Below are positions 1 through 13,710 of a stretch of 64,000 bases of DNA, one piece after another. Within the stretch, counting starts at the first letter, position 1. Every line of letters starts with the position of its first letter. A program made the position numbers and the translations under genes. The DNA comes from Eledone cirrhosa (lineage: Eukaryota), in assembly GCA_964016885.1 (NCBI GenBank), contig OZ024745.1, forward strand, positions 21,576,001 through 21,640,000, given 5' to 3'. The notes under the pieces are model-generated. The model worked only from the letters and a program-made list of their open reading frames with translations. It was not told where the DNA came from and made no database searches.

Positions 1-40
1 AATATTTTTTTCTTCCTAATAATCGTTTCTTTCTCCCTGT

Positions 41-132
<92 letters not shown>

Positions 133-134
<2 letters not shown>

Positions 135-380
135 CGGCGATGAATTAGTTTTGCGAGGTTTTTGATATGAAATCGTGTGTCGAAACAAATATTGTTATAC
201 TTGGGGAGGGTCATACTTTGGGTGTTGTTGTTATTCCATTCATTTTTTCTTTTACCGTCCGGTTATGGAACCAACCAACCAACCGGAAATTTATAAATTC
301 TTAAATTTATAAATTTAATTTAAGCAACTGGTGCGTGTGTTTCTTATTGGCAACATGACCCTCCCAAAGCATAACAATAT
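133..380. mobile_element. Chimeric Penelope-like terminal fragment (family A terminus and ORF end inverted, joined to family B terminus)
   Basis: ~148-215 is the reverse complement of ~3766-3832; ~220-252 is the reverse complement of the GIY-YIG ORF end at ~3245-3277; 255-380 matches 38596-38728. Preceded by (TA)n at 45-132. Confidence 0.75.
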
Positions 381-525
381 ATTTATATATATTGTAATGA
401 ATAATTTTGTAATAGATATATGTATATTTATATCTCTTCCCGGCACATCTCCCTCGTTAATATCTACGTATAAATATTCTATTAGCAACTGTCTCCTTCT
501 TTCCATTCCTCATTCTCGCGCAATC

Positions 526-581
<56 letters not shown>

Positions 582-588
582 ACCCTCA

Positions 589-624
<36 letters not shown>

Positions 625-1002
625 TTCTCTATCTATCTATATATCTATCTATACGTTTACCTGCCTGTTTCCTTCATTCCTTTACTCATAAGTTCTCAAT
701 CGTTCTCTCATTTTCCTTTACATTCCTTCATGCTTTAAACTAACAGATATATTCAATGATTTAATATTCTGTTCTTGTTTGTCAGCTATTATTTCTCTGA
801 TCACTTTCTACAATACATTACATTAATGAAACAATGTATGCCGCTTCTGTCAAACATTTCATGAGACGTGGGCAATGCCATCACGTTCAGAAAAGCAATC
901 TCTTTCGCCTACACGGATTGTTTACCAAAACATTCTTATATAATAAACACACACACACCCATACCCATACAGACACACACGCTCTCTCTCTCTCTCACTC
1001 TT

Positions 1003-1036
<34 letters not shown>

Positions 1037-1147
1037 TTTAATGCGATGTAATACCAATGATGGTTGGAAAATCACTGACGAAGGACTATTTTTATCATAT
1101 GTAACCCATATGCAAACCACGCAGTATTCTTCTTTCTTCTCAATTTT

Positions 1148-1206
<59 letters not shown>

Positions 1207-1689
1207 ACGGCAGGGACCTAGCTGAACTCATATAGGGGGTACAGTCCATATATGGGCATGCAATCAAAACATAGCAGTAGTATCATATCGAACAATCCTA
1301 AAAATTGTTGTATTTCTTGTCTGTTACGGGGAGTGGTCAATGAGTTTTGTATGTCATGTACTTGGTTAAATTCCTTCATAGCGGTGGGGGAAAGGGGGGG
1401 GGTGCTGAACTAGCCTGTAAAACAAAGACGAGGGAGTAAAATGACATTCTGAACTGTGGATGCCAGGCCGGTCATGCATTAAGAGAGAATTCTTTACAAC
1501 TGTCTCTTAAGGGGGTAAAATCAGCATAGGAAAATCAAGGAATGTTGTAGAGTGAAGGTGTGTATGCCAGGTCATCAGTTGGCTAAAGATCAGGATTTTA
1601 ACCATGTACAGACATACCAAAATTCATTTTGTTTATTAAAATAATAATCAAATTAAATTAATTCTACAGTTAAACACATAGAGAAATAC

Positions 1690-2230
1690 TAAGTTTGTTA
1701 CCAAAGAGCCAGAAGATTGACAAGTCGACTCTAAATATGATTAACATCACTAAGAAAGCCATGAACGACACCACATCTTTTATTACTTCGATTTTAAAAG
1801 TAGGTTTATAAATATTAATCGTCAGTAGTTTTCTAGGTGGCCTAGTTAAAAGTATTAGAGACGGGGGTGATCTTGGTATGGAGTTCACTCATGAGATACA
1901 CGTTGAGGCCCTCACTGACGTTTTCAGTTTTTTTTTCTACGCGATGTAAAAAAAAATTGAGAAAGTTTTGTAGGACACCACACACGTATCTCCTAACCAA
2001 CCAGGATTGAACGACAGACCAGGATTGAACGACAGACCAGGATTGCCACCGTCTTTAATACCTCCCACTAGACCACCAAGACACCTACAAAGACCAACTG
2101 AAAATGAATACTTATGAACCTACTTTCAAAATCGAAATCCAAAAGGATTTGGTATCGTTCATACCTTTCCTAATGTTGCTCCTCTTTAGGGTCGACTTGG
2201 AAATCATCTGGGTTTCCATAAACTACATCC
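1690..2230. mobile_element. Imperfect fold-back / MITE-like palindromic repeat (family H)
   Basis: 1690-1870 is a diverged reverse complement of 2045-2225 (caagtcgactctaaa vs tttagggtcgacttg); the centre near 1943 is T-run/ctac...gta/A-run; second copy at 7780-8145. Confidence 0.65.
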
Positions 2231-2302
2231 TCACATTATTTCTCTCATCTACTCTTTTGAACCAATAATCAATGTTTCATTTCTCTCACACCTCATGACC
2301 AC

Positions 2303-2394
<92 letters not shown>

Positions 2395-2401
<7 letters not shown>

Positions 2402-2469
2402 TGTAATAAACAACATAAGGCAACCATTTCATCCACCTGGTTGCCTTATGTTGTTTATTACATAACTAT
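2395..2469. repeat. Perfect 32-bp hairpin abutting (TA)n
   Basis: atagttatgtaataaacaacataaggcaacca, an 11-nt loop, then its exact reverse complement. Confidence 0.9.
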
Positions 2470-2529
2470 TAAGCTCTGTTACCTACATAGAGCACTCTTT
2501 TTTCCTTGACTTTTCCGACAGAATTACTT

Positions 2530-2576
<47 letters not shown>

Positions 2577-2578
2577 AA

Positions 2579-2634
<56 letters not shown>

Positions 2635-2828
2635 TGTTATACTTGGGGGGGGGTCATATTTGTGTAATATTGCCAGAATTAATAACAGAACACACTCACT
2701 GTTTGGTTTGTTTTCGCTTCTCGCTGTCTTTTATATCGGTAATCTAACTTACTCGGTCCTCAATGTTGCCATTGACTGACCGACGGTCAAAAATACATTT
2801 CCTATTGGTACAGTGGGTTTTCTTAAAA

Positions 2829-3308
2829 ATAAAGGTGGTAGAAAAGCCAGGAGCCACCATAAAATCCCTGATCAGCAAAACCTACCCTTTTAAGAAAACC
2901 CACTGTACCAATAGGAAATGTATCATATGTAAGGTGAACCCCCGGATAAACTGTAAAACTAGAAACGTAGTCTATAGCATAAGATGTACAGAGGGTACTT
3001 GCAGAAACATGACAACAACATACATAGGTGAGACAGCTCGTAGCATAGGTGAAAGGATAGACCAATACTGGGGGGAACTAAAAGGACGAAAAAACGGTTC
3101 AGTACTATACGAACATGCTAGACAACAACATGACGGTAACATAGACAACATAGAAATTAGAATAATATCTAAACATAGAAATAACCCAGCAGATAGGCAA
3201 ATCAGAGAAGCCAGTGAAATAGAAATTAGAAGACCAAAGCTAAATAGAAAGAATGAATGGAATAACAACAACACCCAAACAAACAACACTGACCTAAGAG
3301 AAGTATAA
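2829..3308 (+). pseudogene. Penelope GIY-YIG endonuclease domain (N-terminally truncated)
   Basis: CTNRKCIIC...NC linker, then NVVYSIRC...YIGETARSIGERI...H...REA...LNRKNEW. The first ~22 codons of the listed ORF come from inverted segments. Confidence 0.9.
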
Positions 3309-3546
3309 ATAAGTAAATAAAATAAGATAAATAAATAAATAAATACATACACAAGCACAATAACAACAAGCACATAAACACACACTAGTCACCCATCACA
3401 CAGCAAACATAACACTATACACACACGCAAACGCATGCGCAAAGAAGACGAAATGAAATAAACAAACAAGCAAATAAATAAATAAATATATAGACAGACT
3501 GAATAAAAATGGCGTAGACATACAACACAACAGGAGGAAAATATAA

Positions 3547-3588
3547 CACCACTGACGATGTTGCAGATGTGCAACGAAAGATTTATGA
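3547..3588 (+). ncRNA. Minimal type I hammerhead ribozyme (slightly degenerate)
   Basis: CUGACGA at 3552, extra U, stem II GUUGCA/UGCAAC, GAAA at 3576, G-AU-U-UA, partial stem I ACCA/UGAU. Confidence 0.7.
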
Positions 3589-3833
3589 TAAACTATATAT
3601 ATGTGTTTGTGTCTATATTGTATCTGTATTATTTTTGACCGTCGGTCAGTCAATGGCAACATTGAGGACCGAGTAAGTTAGATTACCGATATAAAAGACA
3701 GCGAGAAGCGAAAACCAACCAAACAGTGAGTGTGTTCTGTTATTAATTCTGGCAATATTACACAAATATGACCCTCCCCAAGTATAACAATATTTGTTTC
3801 GACACACGATTTCATATAAAAAACCTCGCAAAG

Positions 3834-3899
<66 letters not shown>

Positions 3900-3903
<4 letters not shown>

Positions 3904-4239
3904 AGGTTATATTTAATTTGTTGGGATTCAACAAGCTTAAAAATGTTTATAACTGATATAAAGCACTCAACAAATTAGTGGAGTAAATACGCAATATATT
4001 AATAAATAGAAACTATACTCACTCATAACTTTGTATCACTCTCAATAAAATATTATCTCCACTATCCGGGAAGCTCCAACCGTTAAGGTTGTTTTTTTTC
4101 CGGGTACGTCAATATTTATTTATGAAACAAATCTGTATTTTATATGATGAAAGCGCACCATAAATTGCCTTGGTTGCCCTTGAAATATATATAATAAAAT
4201 AAATATTTTTTTATAAATATAGTTTCCATTTATTAATAT

Positions 4240-4245
<6 letters not shown>
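3900..4245. mobile_element. PLE family C-related terminal remnant with inverted arms and a core-mutated HHR
   Basis: 3900-4015 matches 12190-12300; 4136-4201 has the HHR layout but reads AUGAUGA (C3 changed to A). Confidence 0.65.
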
Positions 4246-4295
<50 letters not shown>

Positions 4296-4388
4296 GTATA
4301 TATATTAGAGTCGACTTGTCAATATATATATATATATATATATTCAATGATATTAAATAAATGGAAACTATATTTATAAAACCATATT

Positions 4389-4449
4389 TATTCTATTATA
4401 TATATTTCAATGGTACCAACACTTTGGTACGCTTTCATCAGATGAAATA
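4389..4449 (-). ncRNA. Type I hammerhead ribozyme (family C-related)
   Basis: Minus strand: UAUUUCAU CUGAUGA AAGC GUACCAA..UUGGUAC CAUU GAAA UAUAUA UA AUAGAAUA; base of stem II imperfect. Confidence 0.65.
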
Positions 4450-4548
4450 CAAAGTTTGTTAAGATATATACATGATATACAAGATATGAACCGTTAAGAT
4501 CTTCTTCCTGGTTATGTCAATTATAAAACAAATTATATATCCTTTTTG

Positions 4549-4654
<106 letters not shown>

Positions 4655-5259
4655 CACATGTACGTCAATACTCATCTTTTTCCATTTCTCAGAGGGTTCT
4701 AAACCCCACTATCAGGCTAAAATGTCTTTAGTAAAAAAAATACGGCGAAAGCTTCTATTTTTATTTCAAACTCGTTCACCGTTAAAAAAAACAAAAAAAA
4801 ATTATATATATATATATATATATATCTTCCCTTGTTGAAAATAACACGTGACAACGAAGTGTTCGAAGGCTGCCTTCTGTAGCGGTCGCATTTAGTTTGT
4901 TCACACCAGTTTGAGGCAGAACGGGATCCCTGTAGATGAAATGAATCCTCTGTTCGATCATGGAATACCACGAGCTTGCCTGTTATGTAAGTTGGATAAA
5001 TGATTTTGGATTCATGGAAACACCTCAGACGTATATCGTTTGATTTGCCCAGGTCTGTATTTTAACCTGTTAGTTCTTTCGTTACTTTGGTATTGTATGG
5101 TTGGGTTTTGCTTACCGCGATGTTCAATTTGTGAAGCTATTTAAACGTATGTTATTACTCTAAGGACCTACCCTTATTGAGTGCTTTGCCAACTCATTGC
5201 TATTGTAGGTCTACTTTGCTTGGCCACACCCAAAGCTTCGATTTTACTAAGCTGCCACT

Positions 5260-5292
<33 letters not shown>

Positions 5293-5300
<8 letters not shown>

Positions 5301-5554
5301 ATACTTTGGGAGGGTCATGTTGCCAATAAGAAACACACGCACCAGTTGCTTTCACTTCAATTTAATTTAATATATATTTATAAATTTACAAATTTATAAA
5401 TTTGTAAATTTATAAATATATATTAAATTAAATTGAAGTGAAAGCAACTGGTGCGTGTGTTTCTTATTGGCAACATGACCCTCCCAAAGTATAACAATAT
5501 CGGTTTCAACACACGATTTCAGATAAAGAATCTTGCTAAACAAATTCAGAAACG

Positions 5555-5556
<2 letters not shown>
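5293..5556. mobile_element. ~200-bp spacer-less palindrome of PLE family B terminus plus one-sided tail
   Basis: 5293-5500 is self-reverse-complementary about ~5397; the arm matches 38630-38728; flanked by (TA)n. Confidence 0.85.
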
Positions 5557-5595
<39 letters not shown>

Positions 5596-5906
5596 TTTAC
5601 GTGGATGATATTTGAATGTACTATGATTTGGTCTTACCTTATTCAAATATATATCTGCATGTCAGTCAGATCCGAACTAAAAATGATTAGCGTTATAAAT
5701 ATATCGTTTGTTTGTTAAGATAATAATTAAATAAAAAGAATTTTACAATATCTGCTAAACACTGAAGCTGTAACTACACCATATCTGCTGCAAGTGAGCC
5801 ACCAGGACACATGTCAAAAAGAAAGTATTTAAATATCGAATTCAAATATTCTGTTCAAATTCTAGCTGCCTGATGGGTCATAGCTGTTGTATAATTGCTA
5901 TCACCG

Positions 5907-5976
<70 letters not shown>

Positions 5977-6006
5977 AAATCAAAAGATGGTTCAAAGAGT
6001 TCCATG

Positions 6007-6077
6007 TATTTTATTATGCGCATTTCAAAAACAAATATCATCATGGGATGATATTTGCGTTCTCATCAGATAAAATA
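6007..6077 (-). ncRNA. Type I hammerhead ribozyme
   Basis: Reverse complement of 7495-7565. Confidence 0.85.
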
Positions 6078-6987
6078 GGGAGACATGAAATGAAGCTTAA
6101 AAAACACTGGCGAGCAGTGAAGTCTTAAATCAACATATGAAAAATAAAATAAGATGGATATATGAGATTGGGAAAAAAAAAGAAAAGAAAGGGGGGAAGG
6201 AAAAGGTAAGTAAGAGGAAGAAAGAATATAATAAGAAAAAAATATAATAATAAGGAAAGGATGACGGAGGAGGAGTATAAGAAGGAAGGATGAGAGAGGT
6301 GGAGAAAATGAGTGAGAGAGAGAGATAACCTTTAATACTGAGAAACACTGTCTCACAGAAAGAAATTAAAAAAAACCTTGTAAGATAATACATAATTTAA
6401 AAAAATTAAGAAATTAAACGTTAATGAGGTTTATGAATGGTGATGCTTATGATTAAAGAAAAAGGAATTAAGAATACTATTTATTTAGGGTTTATATTTA
6501 GGGTTTATATGTGCGAAAAGAAATTAATAAAATATATTAAGAAGATAATGTGAATGAAGATAAGGTTAAATGAATTATGAACTTAGAGGAATTAATTAGG
6601 GTCCAAGTTTGTTTCTATATATTGTAATAGAAAAAGTAAATAATAGGTATAATACTAGCACGGAAGGAGATAAGAAAGAGGAAATTCAAGGAAGAAAAAA
6701 TATATAACGTCAACAAATATATGTTTACAAAATTTCACTAATGGTAATATTAGTATATATTAAAAATAAAAATTTGTATGAATTAAGAAGTAATTGAGAA
6801 GTAAAAGTTGCAGATTAAAGATTAGAAATTAAAAAAGAAAAAAAAAAGAAAAATAGGGGACCCCTAACGACACAGTATGAGTAATGTTGTATAATATACT
6901 GAAATAAGGTAGAAAGATGGGTATATTTGTAAAAAATATAAAAGCGTTTGAGAAAAGAAGATTTTAAACTAATTAGGTAGTAAGATA

Positions 6988-7182
6988 TTAGCTGTATACT
7001 TTATGGAAAGTTCTATGGGATTTATGCAAGCAGAGCGAAAATAAATCCGTACGTCTATTTATTATAGAATTAAAATTAGAGATAATGGTAAATTTCTCCG
7101 CTAGGCAGGGATTACATGTTCTGGATAGGGAAGAATTAACGTAAGGAGAGGCGTTGCAAACCTTCCTCCAAGAAATGTTGTA
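6988..7182 (-). pseudogene. C-terminus of Penelope GIY-YIG domain (not in the ORF track)
   Basis: Manual translation YNISWRKVCNASPYVNSSLSRTCNPCLAEKFTIISNFNSIINRRTDLFSLCLHK aligns with YSTAWNIISRGIPFNSSSETCDLCAEEIFFILKSKNSLNLRTNLFSCCKHR of ORF 13711..14937. Confidence 0.85.
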
Positions 7183-7494
7183 TTATCTTTCAACGGTTTT
7201 TTTAAATTTCTCTCTGTGAGACAGTATTTCTCAGTATTAAAGGTTATTTCTCTCTCTCTCTCTCACTTATTTTCTCCTCCTCTCTCATCCTTCCTTATAC
7301 TCCTCCTCCGTCATCCTTTCCTTATTATTTTTTTTTCTTATTATATTCTTTCTTCCTCTTCCTTACCTTTTCTTTCCTCCCTTTCTTTTCCTTTTTTTTT
7401 CCAATCTCATATATCCATCTTATTTTATTTTTCATATGTTAATTTAACACTTCACTGCTCGCCAGTGTTTTTTAAGCTTCATATCATGTCTCCC

Positions 7495-7565
7495 TATTTT
7501 ATCTGATGAGAACGCAAATATCATCCCATGATGATATTTGTTTTTGAAATGCGCATAATAAAATA
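7495..7565 (+). ncRNA. Type I hammerhead ribozyme
   Basis: Stem I UAUUUUAU/AUAAAAUA; CUGAUGA at 7503; stem II CAAAUAUCAUC/GAUGAUAUUUG; GAAA at 7546; palindromic stem III AUGCGCAU; AUA cleavage triplet at 7555-7557. Confidence 0.85.
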
Positions 7566-7684
7566 CATGGAACTCTTTTAACCATCTTTTGATTTTATAT
7601 TATTTATACTCCAGTCCTATAAACTGTTGAGTGCTACTTATCAGATATTTGCATTGCTTTATTGTGCTACAATAAAACGCCCCT

Positions 7685-7748
<64 letters not shown>

Positions 7749-7779
7749 CAGAGACAGAGAGAGAGAGGGAGAGAGATGT

Positions 7780-8145
7780 GAAGATCCTGGTCCGGAGTTC
7801 ACTCTCGGTCAGGAGATACACATTGGGGTTGTCATTAAACATTTTCAGTTGTTTTTTTTCTACGAAATGTAAAAAAAAACAAAAAAACCTGAAAATGTTC
7901 ATTGTGTTAGCCTACATGTATCTCCTGGTCAGCATTGAAAACCAAACCAGGATCACCAACGTTTCTAATACCTCACAATAGACCACAAAGACAACTACAA
8001 AAATATGCGGAAAATTAATTCTTATGAACCTAATTTCAAAATTGAAAACCCAAAGATGTAGGGTGTCTTTCATGCCTTTCTTAATGTTATCGCTCTTTTT
8101 AGGGTCGACTTGTAAATTATCTGGGTCTTCCATAAACTACATCCA
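7780..8145. mobile_element. Second, partial copy of fold-back family H
   Basis: gatcctggt...accaggatc palindrome centred ~7866; right arm resembles 2035-2230. Confidence 0.65.
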
Positions 8146-8157
8146 CAGAGAGAGTCT

Positions 8158-8251
<94 letters not shown>

Positions 8252-8340
8252 ATAGATCAGCATATATAGACATATATATATATATATTATGTTTATAGAT
8301 CAGTATATATAGACATATATATACATATATACATATATAT

Positions 8341-8389
<49 letters not shown>

Positions 8390-8396
8390 TATATAT

Positions 8397-8453
<57 letters not shown>

Positions 8454-8939
8454 GATCTATAAACATGACAAACACGTTAAATTAATAAAGTTGGATAAAT
8501 TTAGCCGCCAGCGAACTCATTATATATAATTCTCTGCTGCACATGTTACTCTCCCTTTCTCTCTCTCAGTCTCTGTTTCTTTGTCTCTCCATCACTCTCT
8601 CTCCCTCTCTCTCTATTTGTCTCTCGTCTTCTTTTTCTCTCTCTTACCTTTATTCTATCTCTTTAATTTTATCTTTCTTTATTTTCATCATTTTTCTGTT
8701 TCCTTTCCTTGTCTTATTGTTTTCACTCTCCTGTGGTTTATCATAAGGCAATGCTCTCTCAATACACAACATACGTTCTTGCTACGAATGGAGACCGTTA
8801 TACGCCGCCTACATAAACCGACATATCGAATATAACACGCACATATGTACACTCAAACTATATGTTTCTCTCTCGCTTTCTCTCTCTCTCTCTCTTTCAT
8901 TCTCTTTCTCTTTCTTCTCTCGCTTTCTCTCTATCTTTC

Positions 8940-8988
<49 letters not shown>

Positions 8989-9034
8989 CTCCTTTTCTTG
9001 CTTCTCTCGCTTTCTCTGTATCTTTCTATTTCTC

Positions 9035-9107
<73 letters not shown>

Positions 9108-9518
9108 TTCTCTTTCTCAGTATCTTTCTATTTTTCTCTCTCTCAATCTTTCTTTCTTTCTCTTGCTTTCTCATCCAATCAATCAGCCAAACGTATATAT
9201 GAACAGTCAGTACTATATAGACATACAGAAAAAAATAAACACAGGATATATATAAATATATACGCAGGTAAAGTGAGATGATTAGATACATTGTAATCAA
9301 ATAGACAAGTGAATCTGCGTCCGCCCATTTCTTTCTCTCCCTCCTCCTCTCTATATCTGTCTCCTCCTCTCTCTCTCCCTCCCTCTCAGTCTCTCTCTCT
9401 CTCTCACTCACTCTTCCGAACACGGCCATACATATAACTATTTTTCTCTCAGTTTACTCTGTCTCTATCTCTGGAACTCTTGCAGTTGCTCTTTCTCGCT
9501 TTCTTTGCATACACATAA

Positions 9519-10160
<642 letters not shown>

Positions 10161-11207
10161 ACGACATGTTTATGTTTGTATCTTTGCAGTTTTTATTTGA
10201 TTTGATTATAAACTACGCCGTAATTTTATGAACAAAGTAAAAAAGAACTCAATATTTTCCATTAGGATAAATATGTAAGATATCTCTTATGGTTGCAACT
10301 TACATCATTGCTTTACTCTATGTTTCGTGGGCAATAACGTGAAGTAGCTGCTGGATGGGGTGATTTTTTCAGTAATTGATTTTATCTTTATGGTTGGGAG
10401 ATTTGTTGTGTTCCAGTTTGTCTTGTGTACGAGATGAGCTATAAGCTTCCACTTATACGGTTGTTTACTCAATATTACGGACAAGATTATCAAGGTAGAA
10501 GCATTTTGAAATTATTTCTGACCTTCTATACATTATGATTTTTTGTTTCATTTGGGTAAGGATGAAATACTTCTCGCCATTACATATGTCACAATATTTT
10601 GCGCAAGGTCAATGCCAGTTGCTCAAGTTCATCTTAGTATAGGTAGTGATAAAGACGACAATGCCGTGATCTTTCGAAGCCATATGTGACTTAATAAAAG
10701 AGAATTCTTTAAAAGATTTTCAAATTTGACCAAATATTTCATGTTCTCTGGTATGTCGTCCGTTTTTTGGTCCCGGTCGACAAGATCTAGAAGACGGTGG
10801 ACGGTGAGGGAGGCGCACTGGAAGAGCTACTCCAACTCGCGCGTCTCGCATCTGTGGGCAGCCAACTCCATCTTGATAGTAGTGAGCAGGGTTGTGGCCC
10901 GGATATCTCTATTTTCTATATAGCTAAACGTATACTTATAATTTTGGTACAAGCTTCCGAAACTGTCATTGCACATTACAACATTTGATTTCAGCATCTC
11001 AATAAATTTGGAATGTAGTTAGGCGTCAATTTCCGACTGAGTGTAACACTTCACAATTTCTGTTATCTCTCCTGTTATTTATGTTAACAGAATGTCTGTT
11101 GGTCTGCCATACTTGGTTGCGTTTTGCTCAAAAATGTCCATGGAATTAGTTTTCTAGTATATGAACTTATCAGGTTGTTTGGAACGTTTACTATCTGCGA
11201 TGTGTGT

Positions 11208-11450
11208 GATAGCTCACACCTATGCAGGTTTAGCTGGCCCCCTCCAAGGTATATCTCGTTGGAGGTGTGTTGGGTAATTTAATGATAGGAACCCCAGTCC
11301 TATCATCTCATTTCTACAGCTGAGTAAACTGGGGCAATGTGAAATAAAGTGTCTTGCTCAAGGAAACAACACATCACCCGGTCCGAGAATTGAACTCACG
11401 ACCTTTCGATTGCAAGCCCAATTCTCTAACCACTAAGCCATGCGCCTTCA
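11208..11450 (-). mobile_element. tRNA-derived CORE-type SINE
   Basis: Minus strand: A box tggcttagtgg, B box gagttcaattc, CORE-like ccttgagcaagacacttta...cagtttactcagctgtagaaatgag, (CA)n tail; close copies at 54364 and 57846. Confidence 0.85.
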
Positions 11451-11684
11451 CACTACCTGCGATGATGCTCACTATATTCATAGAGTAGTTTTAAAATTAC
11501 TTTTAAATTTTACTGATTAAAACGTTTGGACTATTTGTGTCCAGTTGGGTAATGTTTCTGGATCAGGATTAGAAAGGTCTTTATAACAGAGAGGTTAACC
11601 CAATTACCTTAGGGTTACGGTCTTTATGAGGTTTGCTTGCATCATATTTGGTGGTACATTGTTTTTCTTTTAATGCATTTTGCT

Positions 11685-11850
11685 GGGCTGAAAAGTTCAA
11701 AGGCTAACTATGAAGGAGTGATGCTAGGGCTGTGAAATCTTCCGTACATTACTTTCAACTTTTTTTTTTATTAATAACTGCATTGTTTCGTTCTAGAGAC
11801 TATGTTGAAAAATATATAATCTTGGTCAGCTTCTGAATCTTTCAGCCAAT
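11685..11850. mobile_element. Mariner-derived MITE
   Basis: TIR-like ggctgaaaagttcaaaggct ... agcttctgaatctttcagcc; same family as 15780-16115; resembles irritans-type mariner TIRs. Confidence 0.55.
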
Positions 11851-12056
11851 TCTCGTAAGTCATTCCGCAAATATTCTCGGGAAGGTTAAGAAGGAAGAGG
11901 TAAACGTTAGAGATTTTATTAATATATATGTGATGTTCATTTTGTTTTCGTTATTATTTGTATTTTCTTGAGCAGGTATCAGAAAAAAAAAAAAATTTTT
12001 TTTCGCAAGAATTTTTTTTTCGCAGGTTCTGTTCCATCGATCTCATTCCAACTTTT

Positions 12057-12189
<133 letters not shown>

Positions 12190-12316
12190 AAAGTTATATT
12201 TAAATTGTTGGGTTACAACTAGTAAATATTTATAACTGATATAAAAGCACTCAACAAGTATTTGGAGTATATTTACGATATTAAATAAATGGAAACTATA
12301 TTTATAAAACCATATT

Positions 12317-12382
12317 TATTTCATTATATATATTTCAGGGATATCATATTAACAATATGTTATGCCTTCCTCAGACAAAATA
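12317..12382 (-). ncRNA. Type I hammerhead ribozyme (sense to the PLE ORF)
   Basis: Reverse complement of 15108-15173. Confidence 0.8.
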
Positions 12383-13710
12383 CAATATAGACAGTTTTAT
12401 AGATAAATAGATTTGACATACCGTTCAACATCGACTTGTATTTGAGAAAGTTGATTTGGCAGTGAAAAATTGTAAACAGAAAGAAAGAAAGAGAGAAAGA
12501 AGGAAAGAAAGAAAGAAAATGAAGAAAAAGAAGAAAAAGAAGAAATGCATGTAACAAAATAGAGAGATGGAAAGATAGATAAAGAGAAGAACTTCATGTA
12601 AAGAAACAGAGAGAGATATAGAGAGAGGAAATAGATAGAGATAGATATATATAGAGAAAAGTAGGTAGTTGGAACGTATCAATGATACATTTATTTATTT
12701 ATTTATTTATTTAGCTCTAGTATTAATGTAAGGGAGATATATGTGGTTAGGGAGGAAACCAGCCGTTATATAGAGAGAAAAATGAAAAGTAACCAGACAT
12801 AGGCGAGGCATAATTTAAAAACCCTATGTTTTAATGTAGAAGTATTAGTACGTATAAAAACCAGGCGCTATAATGTAAATATCAGTATTCCTAAATGAGA
12901 CACGTATCCATAATGTGTGAAAAGTAATGATCTTATGTTTAGTTTTAAAAATTCATATGTTTATATGATAACTACAAACATCGATGTGAATTTACGTGAT
13001 CAATTCTGCAAATCCCTATTTCACACGGAGAACATTCTCATTGTGCTATAAAAATTTAAGTATACATATATGTGTATATATATACACATATATATAGAGT
13101 CTATATTAATTTTAACAATACTATTCTTGTCTTTACTCTACATGATTATCTATCAAGCAGAAATAGAGAACAGATTTCAATATATTAATAAAAAAAAATA
13201 TAAAAAAATATCAGAAACAAAAACAAAAAATAATAATGATAATAATAATAATAAATAATAATAAAATAGAAAACTAAAAAATAAAAAATAAAAAATATTA
13301 CAAAAAAATATTACATATTAAAAATAAAAATATTAGAAAATATTACAATAATAAAAATAAACCACAAAGATCAACCCTTCAAAATTAATTGACAATATAT
13401 TGCCAAGTTCATTATAAGCATCAGAGTCGAAAACAGATAAAGCTAAAAATTATTTATCAAATCGCGTCTAGCAAAAATCATTTCAAAAAGTTTAGGATGC
13501 CCATTTGGTCTACATGTGTTCTTATATTTAATATAGAAGTTTATCTAGTGTAACGTTTATTCGAAATATTTGGAGCATCAACTTTTAGGGTAGTTTAATT
13601 TTTCATGAAGAATGTTTAAATAAAAATAAAAATAAAAAGAAGAATAAAAAGAAGAAATCGAAAGATTTATCGGCTAGTTTCCCAAATAATTATAAAACAA
13701 ACTAAATATA

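Larger units (their letters stand above)
2632..3834 (+). mobile_element. 5'-truncated Penelope-like retroelement (family A) with inverted 5' terminal copy
   Basis: GIY-YIG remnant, downstream HHR, 2632-2795 inverted to 3630-3792, (TA)n on both sides. Confidence 0.9.
5970..7680 (-). mobile_element. 5'-truncated Penelope-like element (family D) with ~385-bp inverted repeats, each carrying an HHR
   Basis: 5970-6356 inverted to 7213-7600; internal GIY-YIG C-terminus on the minus strand; (TA)n flanks. Confidence 0.88.

Noticed and set aside
1205-1620. Possible minus-strand exon (ttgttttacag acceptor near 1415)
   Set aside because: No recognisable peptide or matching donor.
4825-5260. Unique-looking sequence with an 84-aa minus-strand ORF
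   Set aside because: No recognisable domain; the ORF runs into a TA tract.
10240-11160. Higher-complexity segment, possibly a DNA transposase relic or exon
   Set aside because: No motif I could confidently recognise in any frame; needs tBLASTx.
11370-11450. tRNA-like A/B boxes as a tRNA gene
   Set aside because: Head of a multi-copy SINE; no complete cloverleaf.
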